The position numbers and the translations under genes were made by a program. Below the pieces are notes generated by a model. It saw nothing but the letters and a program-made list of their open reading frames with translations. It was not told the origin of the DNA and did not search any database. A stretch of 54,665 bases of DNA from an uncultured Clostridia bacterium. GTDB taxonomy: Bacteria > Bacillota > Clostridia > Oscillospirales > Acutalibacteraceae. The DNA is taken from the NCBI GenBank assembly GCA_946547025.1, contig CAMNOT010000106.1, positions 1 to 54,665 of the forward strand. The letters are read 5' to 3'. Positions within the stretch are counted from its first letter, which is position 1, and every line of letters begins with the position of its first letter. Positions 28,055 through 39,225 of the stretch are shown in pieces.

Positions 28055-28996
28055 TCACCTGTGCTTAATTTTTTGGTATAAAAGCGCTTTCTTTGCTTTA
28101 GCTCGATTTATCAAATAATCAAAAGTAGAATAATCAGGATTATATAATCTGATATATCGAATTCTTTCTTTTGCACACAAACTTTCATTATGTATTATTT
28201 GATATGTAAAATTTTCTTTTAGTGTTGTAAGCTCTTGATCATATAAATACTTGGCTTCAGGGTTGTATTTAGATGCTATATCACACAATAATTGTAAATT
28301 ATACTCAGCTGATTCTATTCCATTTTTTCCATAATTAGACATCAAAGATGTATTTGTCGCTCTAATATAATGATATAATGTTGATGAAAAAGCATATACT
28401 TCGCTTAATTCAGCTTTTATAATATACTGTAAAACAAAGCGAAAATCTTCTCCCATAGAAATCGAAGTATCCATTCTTAAGTTGCTTTTTCTTATCACAC
28501 TTACGTCAAACAGTTTATTTGCTAACGAAGTCAGATAGAGTTTGCTCCTTAATTCAAATGCCTTTCCTAAACTGACTAGTTCATTTTTGCCATACCAAGT
28601 ATATTCAACGGGTGGAATTTCACTCTTCACGTCATGAAATGCTATCCCGCAAATAGGCATAGTATGGTACTTCTTGGCATAATATAACAGTTGTTCAATA
28701 TACTTTTTATCAACATAATCATCACTATCTACAAAGCATAAATATTGCCCTTTTGCTGAATCGATTCCATTATTTCGTGTCGCTGATACTCCTAGGTTCT
28801 TGAAATTATTAATAACACTAATACAACTGAAGTTAGTGGCATACTCCTCGCATATAGCCAAACTGTCATCTTTAGAACAATCATTAACCAGTATTATTTC
28901 AATATTTTTATATGTCTGGCATAATAATGAGTCAACACATTTCTTTATAGTTTTTTCAGCATTATATACAGCAACTACTATACTTATTTTATCCAT
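28055..28996 (-). CDS. Glycosyltransferase family 2
   Basis: VYNAE, VNDCSKD, FVDSDD. Confidence 0.9.
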   Translation of the reverse strand: MDKISIVVAVYNAEKTIKKCVDSLLCQTYKNIEIILVNDCSKDDSLAICEEYATNFSCISVINNFKNLGVSATRNNGIDSAKGQYLCFVDSDDYVDKKYIEQLLYYAKKYHTMPICGIAFHDVKSEIPPVEYTWYGKNELVSLGKAFELRSKLYLTSLANKLFDVSVIRKSNLRMDTSISMGEDFRFVLQYIIKAELSEVYAFSSTLYHYIRATNTSLMSNYGKNGIESAEYNLQLLCDIASKYNPEAKYLYDQELTTLKENFTYQIIHNESLCAKERIRYIRLYNPDYSTFDYLINRAKAKKALLYQKIKHR

Positions 28997-29193
28997 TATA
29001 TTAGTAAGCCTTTCTCCTCGAACGCAGAAGAATAATATCTATGTAAGATTTACATGCTTTGCTCAAAATAATCATATTCTGTAAGGATTTATTAATCAAA
29101 AGAAGGAGTGGTTTCTAACTGTCGTTCATTTTTTATTCAACCATTATCCATATAAGTATTATTATGGCTATCTATTTTACATAACTTTATATC

Positions 29194-29829
29194 TCAATTA
29201 TTCTTGATTATTCTAGTAGTGTTAAACCAACTCACATAATCGAAATCATCATAATACTTTTTTCCAATTCTATTCGGTACAAACTCAAAACAATCTCCAA
29301 CTTCATTTTCATTCTCAAATCCGTGAATAAAAACTGCTGATTCCATTTCAGGATAACATTTATGGGTGAATACAGCTTTGTTTTTATAGGGCAAACTGTT
29401 AAAAGTTTTTAAATCGTCATATGTACATTTATCCCTATCACTAAAAAGAATATATAGATTATCATAGTTTATTCTTTTCTTTCGTTCTTCCCATTTTTGC
29501 TTCGCTTCAGTAAAGGATGAATAATGCTTAAAATACACACGCACATCATCTAATTCGCCGATTGGATAATTGATTCCTTCTTCAAATACTTTCTTTGGAT
29601 TGAGACTCATATAATACTTCAAGTTAGCTAACATTTTCAAATAATCCTCTGGCTTCATCCAAAGATTGACAAATGGAGAATTAAACCGCATCCCGAGATC
29701 ATGGAGAATAAAAGCTCCGTTGCAATTACTGGCTATCAACGAAAAATCATGATTCTTTAAACGCTGCTGATTGTGTTTATTTATTCTTTTACGTACAATC
29801 TGATTTAGTTTATTTCTAATTCTGCCCAT
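29194..29829 (-). CDS. DUF1919 family exopolysaccharide protein
   Basis: [22 protein letters not shown]...[12 protein letters not shown]; start uncertain (29829 or 29838). Confidence 0.85.
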   Translation of the reverse strand: MGRIRNKLNQIVRKRINKHNQQRLKNHDFSLIASNCNGAFILHDLGMRFNSPFVNLWMKPEDYLKMLANLKYYMSLNPKKVFEEGINYPIGELDDVRVYFKHYSSFTEAKQKWEERKKRINYDNLYILFSDRDKCTYDDLKTFNSLPYKNKAVFTHKCYPEMESAVFIHGFENENEVGDCFEFVPNRIGKKYYDDFDYVSWFNTTRIIKNN

Positions 29830-30511
29830 AATAAGCATTCTCTCCATGCTTTCTAAAATAGTGTTTATCAAGCACATGTTGCATTAATGAACTGTTGGGA
29901 TTAAGCTGGATTGACTTCATTGCCATTTCAGCAACAGTTTCCAATACAACTGCATGATAAACAGATTCCTCAGCGTTTTTTCCCCATGTAAAGGGGCCAT
30001 GGTTCTTTACGAGAATAGCAGGGATTGCCAAGATATCAGCTCTTTGCTGGCAAAGCGTCTCAACGATCACTTTTCCGGTATTAATCTCATATGCTTCGTC
30101 AACTTCTTGTTTGCTTAACTCGCGAGTACATTGAATATCTCCATAAAAGTAATCTGCGTGCGTTGTACCAAGAGCCGGTATAGACATTCCAGCTTGCGCA
30201 AATGCAACAGCATTAATTGAATGAGTATGTGTCACACCGCCAATTTCGGGATAATTCCTATACAGTTCCAAATGCGTAGCAGTATCAGAAGACGGTTTCC
30301 ACTTTCCTTCAACGACTTCACCTGTCTTAACATTGACTACCACCATGTCGTCAGATGTCATTTGCTCATATGCAACACCGGAAGGTTTAATTACAATATT
30401 TCCGGATCCGCGGTCAATACCGCTGACATTGCCCCATGTATAAATAACAATTCCGCGTTTATATAATTCTAAATTTGCTTCACATACTTCTTGTTTAAGT
30501 TGTTCTAACAT
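29816..30511 (-). CDS. araD: L-ribulose-5-phosphate 4-epimerase (class II aldolase family)
   Basis: [38 protein letters not shown]. Confidence 0.92.
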   Translation of the reverse strand: MLEQLKQEVCEANLELYKRGIVIYTWGNVSGIDRGSGNIVIKPSGVAYEQMTSDDMVVVNVKTGEVVEGKWKPSSDTATHLELYRNYPEIGGVTHTHSINAVAFAQAGMSIPALGTTHADYFYGDIQCTRELSKQEVDEAYEINTGKVIVETLCQQRADILAIPAILVKNHGPFTWGKNAEESVYHAVVLETVAEMAMKSIQLNPNSSLMQHVLDKHYFRKHGENAYYGQN

Positions 30512-31029
30512 CAGATTCCACTTCCATATATTTCCTTGACTATTCTATCCCATTCATCCATATCCCGAAGCTGATGCTCAATAATATCTCTTACAGCACC
30601 TTGCCCACCCTTGACAGGACTTACATAATCTGCAATTTCTTTGATTTCCGGGCAACTATCTGCCGGACATGCCACAAAACCAGCAAGTTGCATTGGCTGC
30701 CAATCATTTAAATCATCTCCGATATATCCAATCTGCTCTTTTTCCAAGCTGTTTTCGGACATAAATTCGCGAAGAAAGACGAGCTTATCTTTAACGTTTT
30801 GAAAGACATAATCAACTTTTAAATCATTCATTCTTCTTGCTGTCGCGGCACATTCTCTGCCGGTTAAAACTACTGTCTTTATACCAGCTTCTTTTGCAGC
30901 AAAAAAGCCTGCTGCGTCTTTGGTACAAAACTTTTTCAATTCATTGCCGTGCTCGTCATAATAAATGCCTGCATCTGTCAAAGTTCCGTCAACATCAATA
31001 ATCAAATAGCTTATATTTTTAAAAGACAT
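30511..31029 (-). CDS. kdsC: KdsC-family HAD phosphatase
   Basis: [26 protein letters not shown]. Confidence 0.82.
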   Translation of the reverse strand: MSFKNISYLIIDVDGTLTDAGIYYDEHGNELKKFCTKDAAGFFAAKEAGIKTVVLTGRECAATARRMNDLKVDYVFQNVKDKLVFLREFMSENSLEKEQIGYIGDDLNDWQPMQLAGFVACPADSCPEIKEIADYVSPVKGGQGAVRDIIEHQLRDMDEWDRIVKEIYGSGI

Positions 31030-31031
31030 AT

Positions 31032-32597
31032 TTATTCCTCAGTTATGTCATACGCAGACGGCGTTATAAATGTTACCGGCAGTTCCATCTTTCGAATCGC
31101 CTTTGCAACCGAGATATTGAAATTATGACCATGCTCGGTATATGTACGCAGATCATTTCTATAATAGTTTTTTCCGCCGATTGCATAACCATCTGCTCCG
31201 GCGATTGAAACATCTTGAACATTCATATCTTTTAACAACGTTAATAGCATCAACAAGCTATTGCAGCCTTGTTCAAAAGAACCGGATAAACGGTTGTAAT
31301 TAATATGAAAATCTATTTGTTCCGCAGATAGATTTGAAGTTGCAATAACCTGACACGGAAAACTGTCAATTTTTGAGAGTCGCTTGTTATTACTGAAAAA
31401 TCCATAATCACACTGATAATCCGCAGGAACAAAATTCACGGAAATCACCACAGGCTGTTTTTCGTTAATATACTGTGTTATTTCTTCTTTGTATGTTGAA
31501 ATAGTTGAGCCGGGAGCAAGAAGAAGTATAGTCTTTCCCTCCAATTTTTGTCTCAGCCTTAGACGATCAGCGTTATCGTCAATTATGTTATTTAAGTATT
31601 CTTTATACAACTTGTCCGCGTATTCTTTATCAAAAGCGGTTTTTTTGCTGTGATCTATCCTTGCGAGAATTGTGTCAATTTCGCGATTGGTTAAATCACC
31701 CTTATTCAAATAGTGTTCAGCATAATTTCGATGCAAATTAAAGCGTGCCGAAAGAAAATATGCCGGTGTATATCCCCATTCGGTTTCTCCCTTCATCGGG
31801 GCGATATGATCCTGAATCGCGTCCATCATGAAGTCTATATCATAATTCTTATCAAAATACTCATTGACATAATCTGCAATCAACTCAATCGGCAAATTTC
31901 CGGGGATTCTTCCCATACCCATCAAGCTGCCGTCTACCGTAATGGAACGATTGAGGTGCTTATCCAAAAACTTCTGCGCCAAGCTGAAGCTCAATGACAT
32001 ATTCTCGTGAAGATGCAGCGCGACTCGAATAGACCTGTCCATATTGTGATCAACAAGGCTGACGATCCGATCCAAATCGCGGCGTTTCATGCTGCCGAAA
32101 GTATCGACTATAGAAAACTGATATGGATGAATCTCGTTGACTTGCTTTATAATCCACAAAAGCTGCTCATCGGAATATCCCATAATATTAATTGGATTAA
32201 TGCTTAACTTATAGCCCTTATCCTTTACTTCACGGGCAAAATTCATACCTTCTTCGATATCATAGTCGTGGGCCGTAATGCGTATCATTTCAATGCCCTT
32301 TCCGCTGTACGGACTAAGCTTATTAATATCATAATTACTTCGCATCGCCATTCCGGAAAACATCGTATCACCACAATCATCCGGCAACAAACGGTTCAGT
32401 TCTTCAATTGTATTACAAACCGTAATATCAGATTGATAACCATCCACATTACGCAGAAACCCAACCTCGACAATATCCACGTTTGCCTTGACTAGAGTAT
32501 GAATAATATCACGCGCCGTATTATAGCCCCAGTTCCAGTCGTTAATGTATCCACCATCGCGCAGGGTGCAGTCTAACAATTTCAAGTCTTTACTCAT
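31032..32597 (-). CDS. DRE-TIM / HMGL-like aldolase with C-terminal extension
   Basis: LLDCTLRDGG, IVDTFG, HLHEN, GMGR..GN. Confidence 0.85.
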   Translation of the reverse strand: MSKDLKLLDCTLRDGGYINDWNWGYNTARDIIHTLVKANVDIVEVGFLRNVDGYQSDITVCNTIEELNRLLPDDCGDTMFSGMAMRSNYDINKLSPYSGKGIEMIRITAHDYDIEEGMNFAREVKDKGYKLSINPINIMGYSDEQLLWIIKQVNEIHPYQFSIVDTFGSMKRRDLDRIVSLVDHNMDRSIRVALHLHENMSLSFSLAQKFLDKHLNRSITVDGSLMGMGRIPGNLPIELIADYVNEYFDKNYDIDFMMDAIQDHIAPMKGETEWGYTPAYFLSARFNLHRNYAEHYLNKGDLTNREIDTILARIDHSKKTAFDKEYADKLYKEYLNNIIDDNADRLRLRQKLEGKTILLLAPGSTISTYKEEITQYINEKQPVVISVNFVPADYQCDYGFFSNNKRLSKIDSFPCQVIATSNLSAEQIDFHINYNRLSGSFEQGCNSLLMLLTLLKDMNVQDVSIAGADGYAIGGKNYYRNDLRTYTEHGHNFNISVAKAIRKMELPVTFITPSAYDITEE

Positions 32598-33330
32598 AGC
32601 GTGTTTGTTCCTTCATCATTCTTCTGACCATTTCTAAATCCTTTTGCGTATCCACCGACAACGAGTGACAGTCGGGTACTAAAGATAGCTTTAATTGTTT
32701 GCCGTAGTCTAGAAACCGCAGGGTATCAATCCCTTCGATTTGTTCAAAACGCCCCGGTACAGAGTTTTTATAGAAGTCAAGCATTTTCTTGTTATAGCCG
32801 ATAATGCCGACATGTTTGTAATATTGGAAATCAATGGATTTGAACGGGTACGGAATCGGTGTACGCGACATATATAATGCGTTCATAGAATCATCAAATA
32901 CCATTTTAATATTGGACGAATCCATCACCTGAGCCGGGTCATCAATTTGTGTGATGATATTCGTGCCGAACTCTACATTCTGCGGCACATTTTCAGGAAT
33001 TGCCGCAATAATCGCATCGGTATTCATCAACGGTTCGTCACCGTTAAGCTGTACATAAAAATCAGCTGCAGTTGTCTCCGAAACCTCCTGTAAACGCATA
33101 GCACCATTCGGATGATTGGAAGATGTCATTATGACCGGAATCTCATATTGCTTGCATACAGACTGAATTCTTTCATCGTCTGTAGCTACAATTATTTCAT
33201 CCAGTTGTTTCACTTGACTAACGCGCTTATATACCCACCAAATCATAGGATATCCTAAAATATCCTTCAAAGGTTTTCCGGGCAATCGCGTAGACGCGTA
33301 TCGTGCGGGTATAATGCCTACTACTCTCAT
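32590..33330 (-). CDS. kdsB: 3-deoxy-manno-octulosonate cytidylyltransferase-like (CMP-Kdo synthetase)
   Basis: IPARYASTRLPGKPL, VATDD, GDEP, KHVGI, SVDT. Confidence 0.88.
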   Translation of the reverse strand: MRVVGIIPARYASTRLPGKPLKDILGYPMIWWVYKRVSQVKQLDEIIVATDDERIQSVCKQYEIPVIMTSSNHPNGAMRLQEVSETTAADFYVQLNGDEPLMNTDAIIAAIPENVPQNVEFGTNIITQIDDPAQVMDSSNIKMVFDDSMNALYMSRTPIPYPFKSIDFQYYKHVGIIGYNKKMLDFYKNSVPGRFEQIEGIDTLRFLDYGKQLKLSLVPDCHSLSVDTQKDLEMVRRMMKEQTRYE

Positions 33331-33340
33331 ATGTACTCCG

Positions 33341-34126
33341 TTACTTTACGATTTCATCAAAATTCACGCGCTCAAACACTTCTAACTTTCCGCCGCGTGT
33401 TGCGTTAAAAACGCGAAATGTTCCGAGCTTACGACTGAGCTGCTCAACATCACAAAAAGCAAGAGTCGGCGCCCTCATATCATGGACGACCTGATCCTTG
33501 ATATCAGTATCATAATCATCTACAAAGTAGTCCTTTACGCTCTTATCTTCTACCACATTACCGTTAAGGTCAATTGACTTGGAATAATTATGGTCTATCC
33601 CCAAAAGGAATATCTCGGTAAATCCCATATAGATTGCAAACTGGATACAGGTTGTTGTCACGGTTCCCCGACAGCGGACGCTGTGAGCACAGTCAAGTGA
33701 TAATCCAAATGAATCTTTCAGTTCTGAATAGTAATCCATCCAAAAATATTGAGCGTTAATAATGTCGATGTTTTCATACCAGTTCAAATTAATGGGTATG
33801 AACTTTATCTTTGCGTCAATTTTTTCAACATCTTTGACTGTATCCTTAAGAATAAGAATATCCTCACTGATATAAAAAGTAGGTCTCCATTGCGTTTGAG
33901 GGAAGAGTTTGAACACACGATTCATTGCAAATGTTGGAATTCCAGTGGCTGCTATACGATTCAGATCTTCTGCTGTTAAGCTGGGACCATTGCCAATTAC
34001 AAAACATTTTTCTCCTTTGTATGAATTCTTTAACGTTTGAATCCTTTTTCCATATTTTGTTGTTTCAAAACAGCTGCTCATCCTCGTCTGTCTATGACTC
34101 CGAATCGATCTAAGTGGATGTATCAT
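33341..34126 (-). CDS. DUF115/MAF-like (MptE-like fold) protein, putative ulosonic-acid transferase
   Basis: CFVIGNGPSL, YMGFTEIFLLGID, NATRGGKLEVFER. Confidence 0.78.
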   Translation of the reverse strand: MIHPLRSIRSHRQTRMSSCFETTKYGKRIQTLKNSYKGEKCFVIGNGPSLTAEDLNRIAATGIPTFAMNRVFKLFPQTQWRPTFYISEDILILKDTVKDVEKIDAKIKFIPINLNWYENIDIINAQYFWMDYYSELKDSFGLSLDCAHSVRCRGTVTTTCIQFAIYMGFTEIFLLGIDHNYSKSIDLNGNVVEDKSVKDYFVDDYDTDIKDQVVHDMRAPTLAFCDVEQLSRKLGTFRVFNATRGGKLEVFERVNFDEIVK

Positions 34127-35668
34127 TTAACCCCTCGCTTTTTTTATTATGTTTATTATCTTTCGAATTGGAGCTCTAAGAATGTCTTTTTCATAATCAT
34201 TCATTATTACAATCCAATTAAATATAACAAAAATAGCAGTGTAAACTATCACTCCCAAAAAGAATAATGCCCAATTATCAAAAGATATAAATCGTTTTAC
34301 TATTATAAACAAGCATGCTTGTACTATAGGAAATACAAATAGCTTTCCAGTTTCTTTCCAAAAACGCGGTATTTCCAAGCCTATTTTTTTCCAATAATAC
34401 CAGTTCAGCATAATACCTTGCCCTAGAATAGTAGCTCCACACGTAACTAATGCTGCACCGATTATACCCATAGGTTTAACTAGTATAATAGTACCTACAA
34501 CATTAATAGCTGCAATTAAAAGAAGCGTTAAGGATCTGAAACGATGCTTGTTTTGCGCAATAATCACATTCATAGCAACATTTTGTATCAAAGGAATACA
34601 CGACGGTATCATCACCAATAAGGCTACCCAATAGGCTTCTTCATATCCTTCACCCGCCCATAATGCAATGAATTCGGGACCAAATACAATAAAGCCTGAA
34701 CACACGATAGAAACAATATAGCACTGTAATCTCCCAACTCGTATCATTATATCGGTAAGTTCAGTATTGCTCGCCCCCTTGAATACCAACATATTAATTC
34801 TGGGCGTAAGAACACTCAATAGCCCTACAGAAAAGCTCATCATCATTGTGTTAAAAGTCATTCCGATATTATAGATCGCAACACCTATCGTTGCCAATGC
34901 TGGTACAGCTCCAATAATCATGGTGTCCGTTGAATTATACAATTGAGTAACTACTTGTGCTATAAATATCCACATTGAAAATGTAAGAATTTCCTTTATT
35001 AGATATTTTGGCATATGTTTGTAGTCGGGACGAATCTTTATTGTTCTTCTTACATAGAACCAATAAACTACTCTAACAATCACCGTGAGGATTAATGAAG
35101 AAATCGCTATTCCGATTGATTTAAATCCCATATATAATACGAACAAGTTTGCAATCGGAATGCCTATTGTAAGCATAATATTTATAATCTGAATAAACAA
35201 AAACTTTTCATGACTGGTAACTACTGCATTATAAGGAACACAGATAAAATTAACCGCAGTTGTAAAGCTTAATATAGCAACAAGGATTCTCAATTCATCC
35301 AGTTGGCCCGGTTCGGTCAAAGAGTTTCCGTAAACTATACCAATCACTAATACAATTCCAAGGCCTGCAACTAATGTTATTCCTGCTATTACCCTAAAGA
35401 TTACAGTAAATAAAGCCATTACGCCTTCTTCGCCTTGTTTATCACCTTCTGCGCGATATTTTGTCAGATAGCGTACAACAGCAGAACCTATTCCAAATGA
35501 AATTAGCGATAGATAACTGGTTACACTTCCCGCGAGTTTATATAAACCATATTCACTTTGCCCTAACAAATCGAGCATAATTGGAGTGTAGAACATAGGT
35601 ATTAAAGTACCTATTGCCATATTAACATACGACAGTACAACTCCCTGTCTCAATTGACTCTTTGCCAT
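34127..35668 (-). CDS. wzx: Wzx-type polysaccharide flippase
   Basis: Multi-TM 513 aa; YTP..L..LGQSEYGLY. Confidence 0.9.
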   Translation of the reverse strand: MAKSQLRQGVVLSYVNMAIGTLIPMFYTPIMLDLLGQSEYGLYKLAGSVTSYLSLISFGIGSAVVRYLTKYRAEGDKQGEEGVMALFTVIFRVIAGITLVAGLGIVLVIGIVYGNSLTEPGQLDELRILVAILSFTTAVNFICVPYNAVVTSHEKFLFIQIINIMLTIGIPIANLFVLYMGFKSIGIAISSLILTVIVRVVYWFYVRRTIKIRPDYKHMPKYLIKEILTFSMWIFIAQVVTQLYNSTDTMIIGAVPALATIGVAIYNIGMTFNTMMMSFSVGLLSVLTPRINMLVFKGASNTELTDIMIRVGRLQCYIVSIVCSGFIVFGPEFIALWAGEGYEEAYWVALLVMIPSCIPLIQNVAMNVIIAQNKHRFRSLTLLLIAAINVVGTIILVKPMGIIGAALVTCGATILGQGIMLNWYYWKKIGLEIPRFWKETGKLFVFPIVQACLFIIVKRFISFDNWALFFLGVIVYTAIFVIFNWIVIMNDYEKDILRAPIRKIINIIKKARG

Positions 35669-35694
35669 TTATTTACGCTCTCCCAATAATATAA

Positions 35695-36252
35695 TTACTT
35701 TACCCGCTGAGCAGGAACTCCAGCAATAGTTATACCTGGGTCTAAAAACGACTTATTAACAACCGCATTTGCTCCGATTGTAATATTATCGGCTATCTGA
35801 ACATCTCCTATAATTATTGCTCCAAATCCCACATCTACATTGTCTCCTATTATAGGGCATTTATTTGTTTTTCCGTTGTTTCCGATACAATTATTCCCAT
35901 GCAAATGACAGTTCTTTCCAACTTTTGCTGCTGGATTAACTACAACACAGCCACAATGATAAATATTTAGTCCTTCATCAAAGCAATTTGGTTCCATACA
36001 AAAGCCAAGTTGTCTTCCAAGTTTATTTCTCTTTCTTTCATAGAACAACGCTATTGCCTTAGTAGCAAATGATATCCTATCTTGGTTTCGATAGAATTCC
36101 TCTTTACGTAAACACTTTAGATAAACATAAATATAATATCTAGGATCTCTAACCTTTTTCATGTATTTAATATGTTTCTCTCTGTTTTCAAGGAACAGAT
36201 TAGAGTTATCTTTTTCTATACAAGCTATTAACTCTAGTTTTGTTTTTATCAT
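35695..36252 (-). CDS. Serine O-acetyltransferase-like hexapeptide acyltransferase
   Basis: GLNIYH, CPIIGDNVDVG, IGANAVV, AGVPA; ATG 36252 with GAGGT RBS. Confidence 0.85.
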   Translation of the reverse strand: MIKTKLELIACIEKDNSNLFLENREKHIKYMKKVRDPRYYIYVYLKCLRKEEFYRNQDRISFATKAIALFYERKRNKLGRQLGFCMEPNCFDEGLNIYHCGCVVVNPAAKVGKNCHLHGNNCIGNNGKTNKCPIIGDNVDVGFGAIIIGDVQIADNITIGANAVVNKSFLDPGITIAGVPAQRVK

Positions 36253-36259
36253 AAGTACC

Positions 36260-37225
36260 TCATTGTTTTTTACATATATAACCATAATATGTTAGTTTCC
36301 CGTCTGAACATTCTTCAAAACTCATTCTCCATGAAAGTTTAAAAAAATAAGTATTTGAACAATTCACTAACTCATAGTACTCTTTTTGATTATATATCCT
36401 GTTCATTCGATTTTGTAATTCTTCAATCAGCGGATTATTATATGGCAATTCATCCATCAAAAGCCGTGCTTTTTTATTGTTTTCATATATTAAAAGGAAG
36501 ATGTAATCAACCAATAAATAGTCAATCAAATAGTCGTGTTTTTTCCAATACGCGAAAAATAAATCTTTAGCTGCTTTTTGTATAATACATCCCTTTTGAC
36601 AACCATTCAAAAAAGATGTCCATCGATATTGCGATACATATCCAGAATCGCAGATATCTCTTTTACATGTAAAAAACTCACATAAAAAAGTCGATTCCGG
36701 TATTTTATTTGGGATAAAAACGGTTGCATCTATCCATAGACCACCATATTCTGCTAACAAAGTCATTCTTAGTATATCGGAAAACTGTGCATGTGAGATG
36801 ATTCCTCTATTATACTTCATTTGAATATAATCAGGGAAATCATAATACTTTGATAAATTGTTAGATGTCAGAATGTGCACCGGATGGTTAGTGGATTCTT
36901 TAATGCTGTTGATGCATTTTTTTACAATTATTGGTGCATTATCGTATCCCTGCATCCAAAAAACCCAAACTGGAGAATGCTTATCATAATGGCATTCACT
37001 TTGATAATCGTCATATTGTTCTAATACCTCGCTAAACTCATTATTGAGTTTAACGGTTATTTTTTTCTGTACCCGTTTGCTAGCTTTTGCACCTATAACA
37101 GTACCGTGCAAGGATGATGAAAGAAAGCGGTTAAAACCAATACTTATATTGTGTTGTTTTATGTCTTTATAAAACAATTTGCTTGGCAAAATGATTCTAT
37201 TATTCAGTTTGGATTTTAGCCCCAT
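36260..37225 (-). CDS. Capsular polysaccharide synthesis protein (DXD glycosyltransferase-like)
   Basis: WVFWMQG...AP, SDILR..LL..YGGLWIDAT. Confidence 0.88.
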   Translation of the reverse strand: MGLKSKLNNRIILPSKLFYKDIKQHNISIGFNRFLSSSLHGTVIGAKASKRVQKKITVKLNNEFSEVLEQYDDYQSECHYDKHSPVWVFWMQGYDNAPIIVKKCINSIKESTNHPVHILTSNNLSKYYDFPDYIQMKYNRGIISHAQFSDILRMTLLAEYGGLWIDATVFIPNKIPESTFLCEFFTCKRDICDSGYVSQYRWTSFLNGCQKGCIIQKAAKDLFFAYWKKHDYLIDYLLVDYIFLLIYENNKKARLLMDELPYNNPLIEELQNRMNRIYNQKEYYELVNCSNTYFFKLSWRMSFEECSDGKLTYYGYICKKQ

Positions 37226-37238
37226 AATGAACCTCGCA

Positions 37239-38210
37239 TTAACTATGTAAAATGTTTTTAATACGGCAAATAAAATCTAGCCCAAAAGGTGAATTGGACA
37301 CGCGATGGAAAATAGCGGATTTTTTATCTATATCTTTGACATCATCTTTACATACAACCACTGATCTTCTCAACTGCTTGATTTTATTTCGATACAGAGA
37401 TTTACTATCAACCTCAATGTGATTTAATAATTCCTGATACTGAAACATACAGCAAGAGCTGAAAGAAAGCTTTGCCTTACTGTACAAACTAGGATATTTC
37501 TTCTCAACGAATTCCATACGTCCTTTCACACCATCAAGCATATCCAAGTGTCTAATGTTGAAGCTCCCCATAATGCTTTCTTTACGCTGATAATAATAGT
37601 AACACTGTCTCTGCAAGTAGACTATTTTTTCAGCTCTATCTATCGCTCTATATGTAAAGAATTCATCCTCATGAAGCTTTCCTTTTGGAAAGAGCAATCC
37701 TTCTAATATACTTCTGTTATAAACCTTATTCCATGCAACAGTTTTTACGCCCACATCATCAATAGTGTTTTCTATTGCTTTTTCTGAATCTAAAACAATA
37801 TAGTCTTGCGATAAGTCCGGTACAAAATTGCTTGAAGTTACCTCTATGATATTGAACACACCAATTTGTGATTTGGTTAAAAAAATTTTCTCCATTACTA
37901 AAGAATATGTTTCTAAATCAATCCAATCATCACTATCAACAAATGCGATATACTCCCCACTCGCAATTCGCATTCCAGCGTTTCTTGCATCTGATAGTCC
38001 ACCGTTTTTTTTGTGGACTACTCTAATACGTTTATCTTTTTTCCCCCAATTATCACATATACAAGGACAATTATCAGGTGAACCATCGTCAACCAATATG
38101 ATCTCCAAGTTTGAATATGTTTGATTTACAAGGCTATTAATACAGCGTTCAAGATAATCTTCCACTTTATAAATTGGAACAATTATGCTAATTAATGGAT
38201 TGATGCTCAT
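37239..38210 (-). CDS. Glycosyltransferase family 2
   Basis: DDGSPD, NGGLSDARN, FVDSDD, HEDE. Confidence 0.92.
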   Translation of the reverse strand: MSINPLISIIVPIYKVEDYLERCINSLVNQTYSNLEIILVDDGSPDNCPCICDNWGKKDKRIRVVHKKNGGLSDARNAGMRIASGEYIAFVDSDDWIDLETYSLVMEKIFLTKSQIGVFNIIEVTSSNFVPDLSQDYIVLDSEKAIENTIDDVGVKTVAWNKVYNRSILEGLLFPKGKLHEDEFFTYRAIDRAEKIVYLQRQCYYYYQRKESIMGSFNIRHLDMLDGVKGRMEFVEKKYPSLYSKAKLSFSSCCMFQYQELLNHIEVDSKSLYRNKIKQLRRSVVVCKDDVKDIDKKSAIFHRVSNSPFGLDFICRIKNILHS

Positions 38211-38211
38211 T

Positions 38212-39225
38212 TTATTTCACTTCGTACCTATTGTCCGTTCCCTTCAGTTTGGAATACGCTTTATGAAAACATCTATATAACATAGGCGATAACAAACAAA
38301 GTTTATACCTGATTAATAATGATTTGCTTCGAGCGCTATCATAAAATGGCTCTTTGATGTTTTTCAACTCTTCTCTACACATCTTGATGTATTCATCAAT
38401 ATACCTTTCTTTGTTAGGATTCTTCATTGATGCACCGTTAATGTATAAACTAGCTAATCTACCATATATAATACTTGACAACTTTTTATTGTCTTTCACG
38501 TCTTCCAAAATAGTTTTTTGCACATTGATCGGATCGTATAGCTTGTTACGATTAACTCCGGAAGTTGCAGCAGAGTTAACTCGCAACATATAATGATATG
38601 GACAGATATCTTGATATACAGAACAATTTGAAGCCTTAAAAAAGTAATAATTCATCAATAAATCCTCATTGATTTTTATACTTGTATCAATCAAACCACT
38701 ATTAATAATATCATTTACAATAGATGCCTTATATAACTTATTCCAAAGACCTGGCTCAACAAAATATCCAGTTAATAAATCGTATAATCCCTGTTCGTTA
38801 TTTTGCTTTACTATTCTATTAGTATTGTAATAATAATCAACTCGACTAGGAAACACCATTTGGTATCCGCAATGAGATATGTCTGCATTACTCTCCAAAG
38901 CGTTTTCCAATAGCATTTCATACATCTTCGGTTCAATGTAATCATCTCCGTCAACGAAACCAATCCATTCACCAGATGCAACTTTTATTCCTGCAACGCG
39001 TGCACTTGTAACTCCACCATTGTCTTTGTGAATAACCTTAATGCGACTATCTTCAGTAGCAAGTTTATCCAACACCTCACTACACCCGTCTGTAGAGCCA
39101 TCGTCTACAAGTATGATCTCGATATTACTGTATAATTGCGAGCAAATACTTTTTACTGTTTTTTCAATATACTGTTTTATGTTATATACCGGTACTACCA
39201 CCGAGATTTTTATGGTATTCATCAA
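38212..39225 (-). CDS. Glycosyltransferase family 2
   Basis: DDGSTD, NGGVTSAR, FVDGDD, NEDL. Confidence 0.92.
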   Translation of the reverse strand: MMNTIKISVVVPVYNIKQYIEKTVKSICSQLYSNIEIILVDDGSTDGCSEVLDKLATEDSRIKVIHKDNGGVTSARVAGIKVASGEWIGFVDGDDYIEPKMYEMLLENALESNADISHCGYQMVFPSRVDYYYNTNRIVKQNNEQGLYDLLTGYFVEPGLWNKLYKASIVNDIINSGLIDTSIKINEDLLMNYYFFKASNCSVYQDICPYHYMLRVNSAATSGVNRNKLYDPINVQKTILEDVKDNKKLSSIIYGRLASLYINGASMKNPNKERYIDEYIKMCREELKNIKEPFYDSARSKSLLIRYKLCLLSPMLYRCFHKAYSKLKGTDNRYEVK

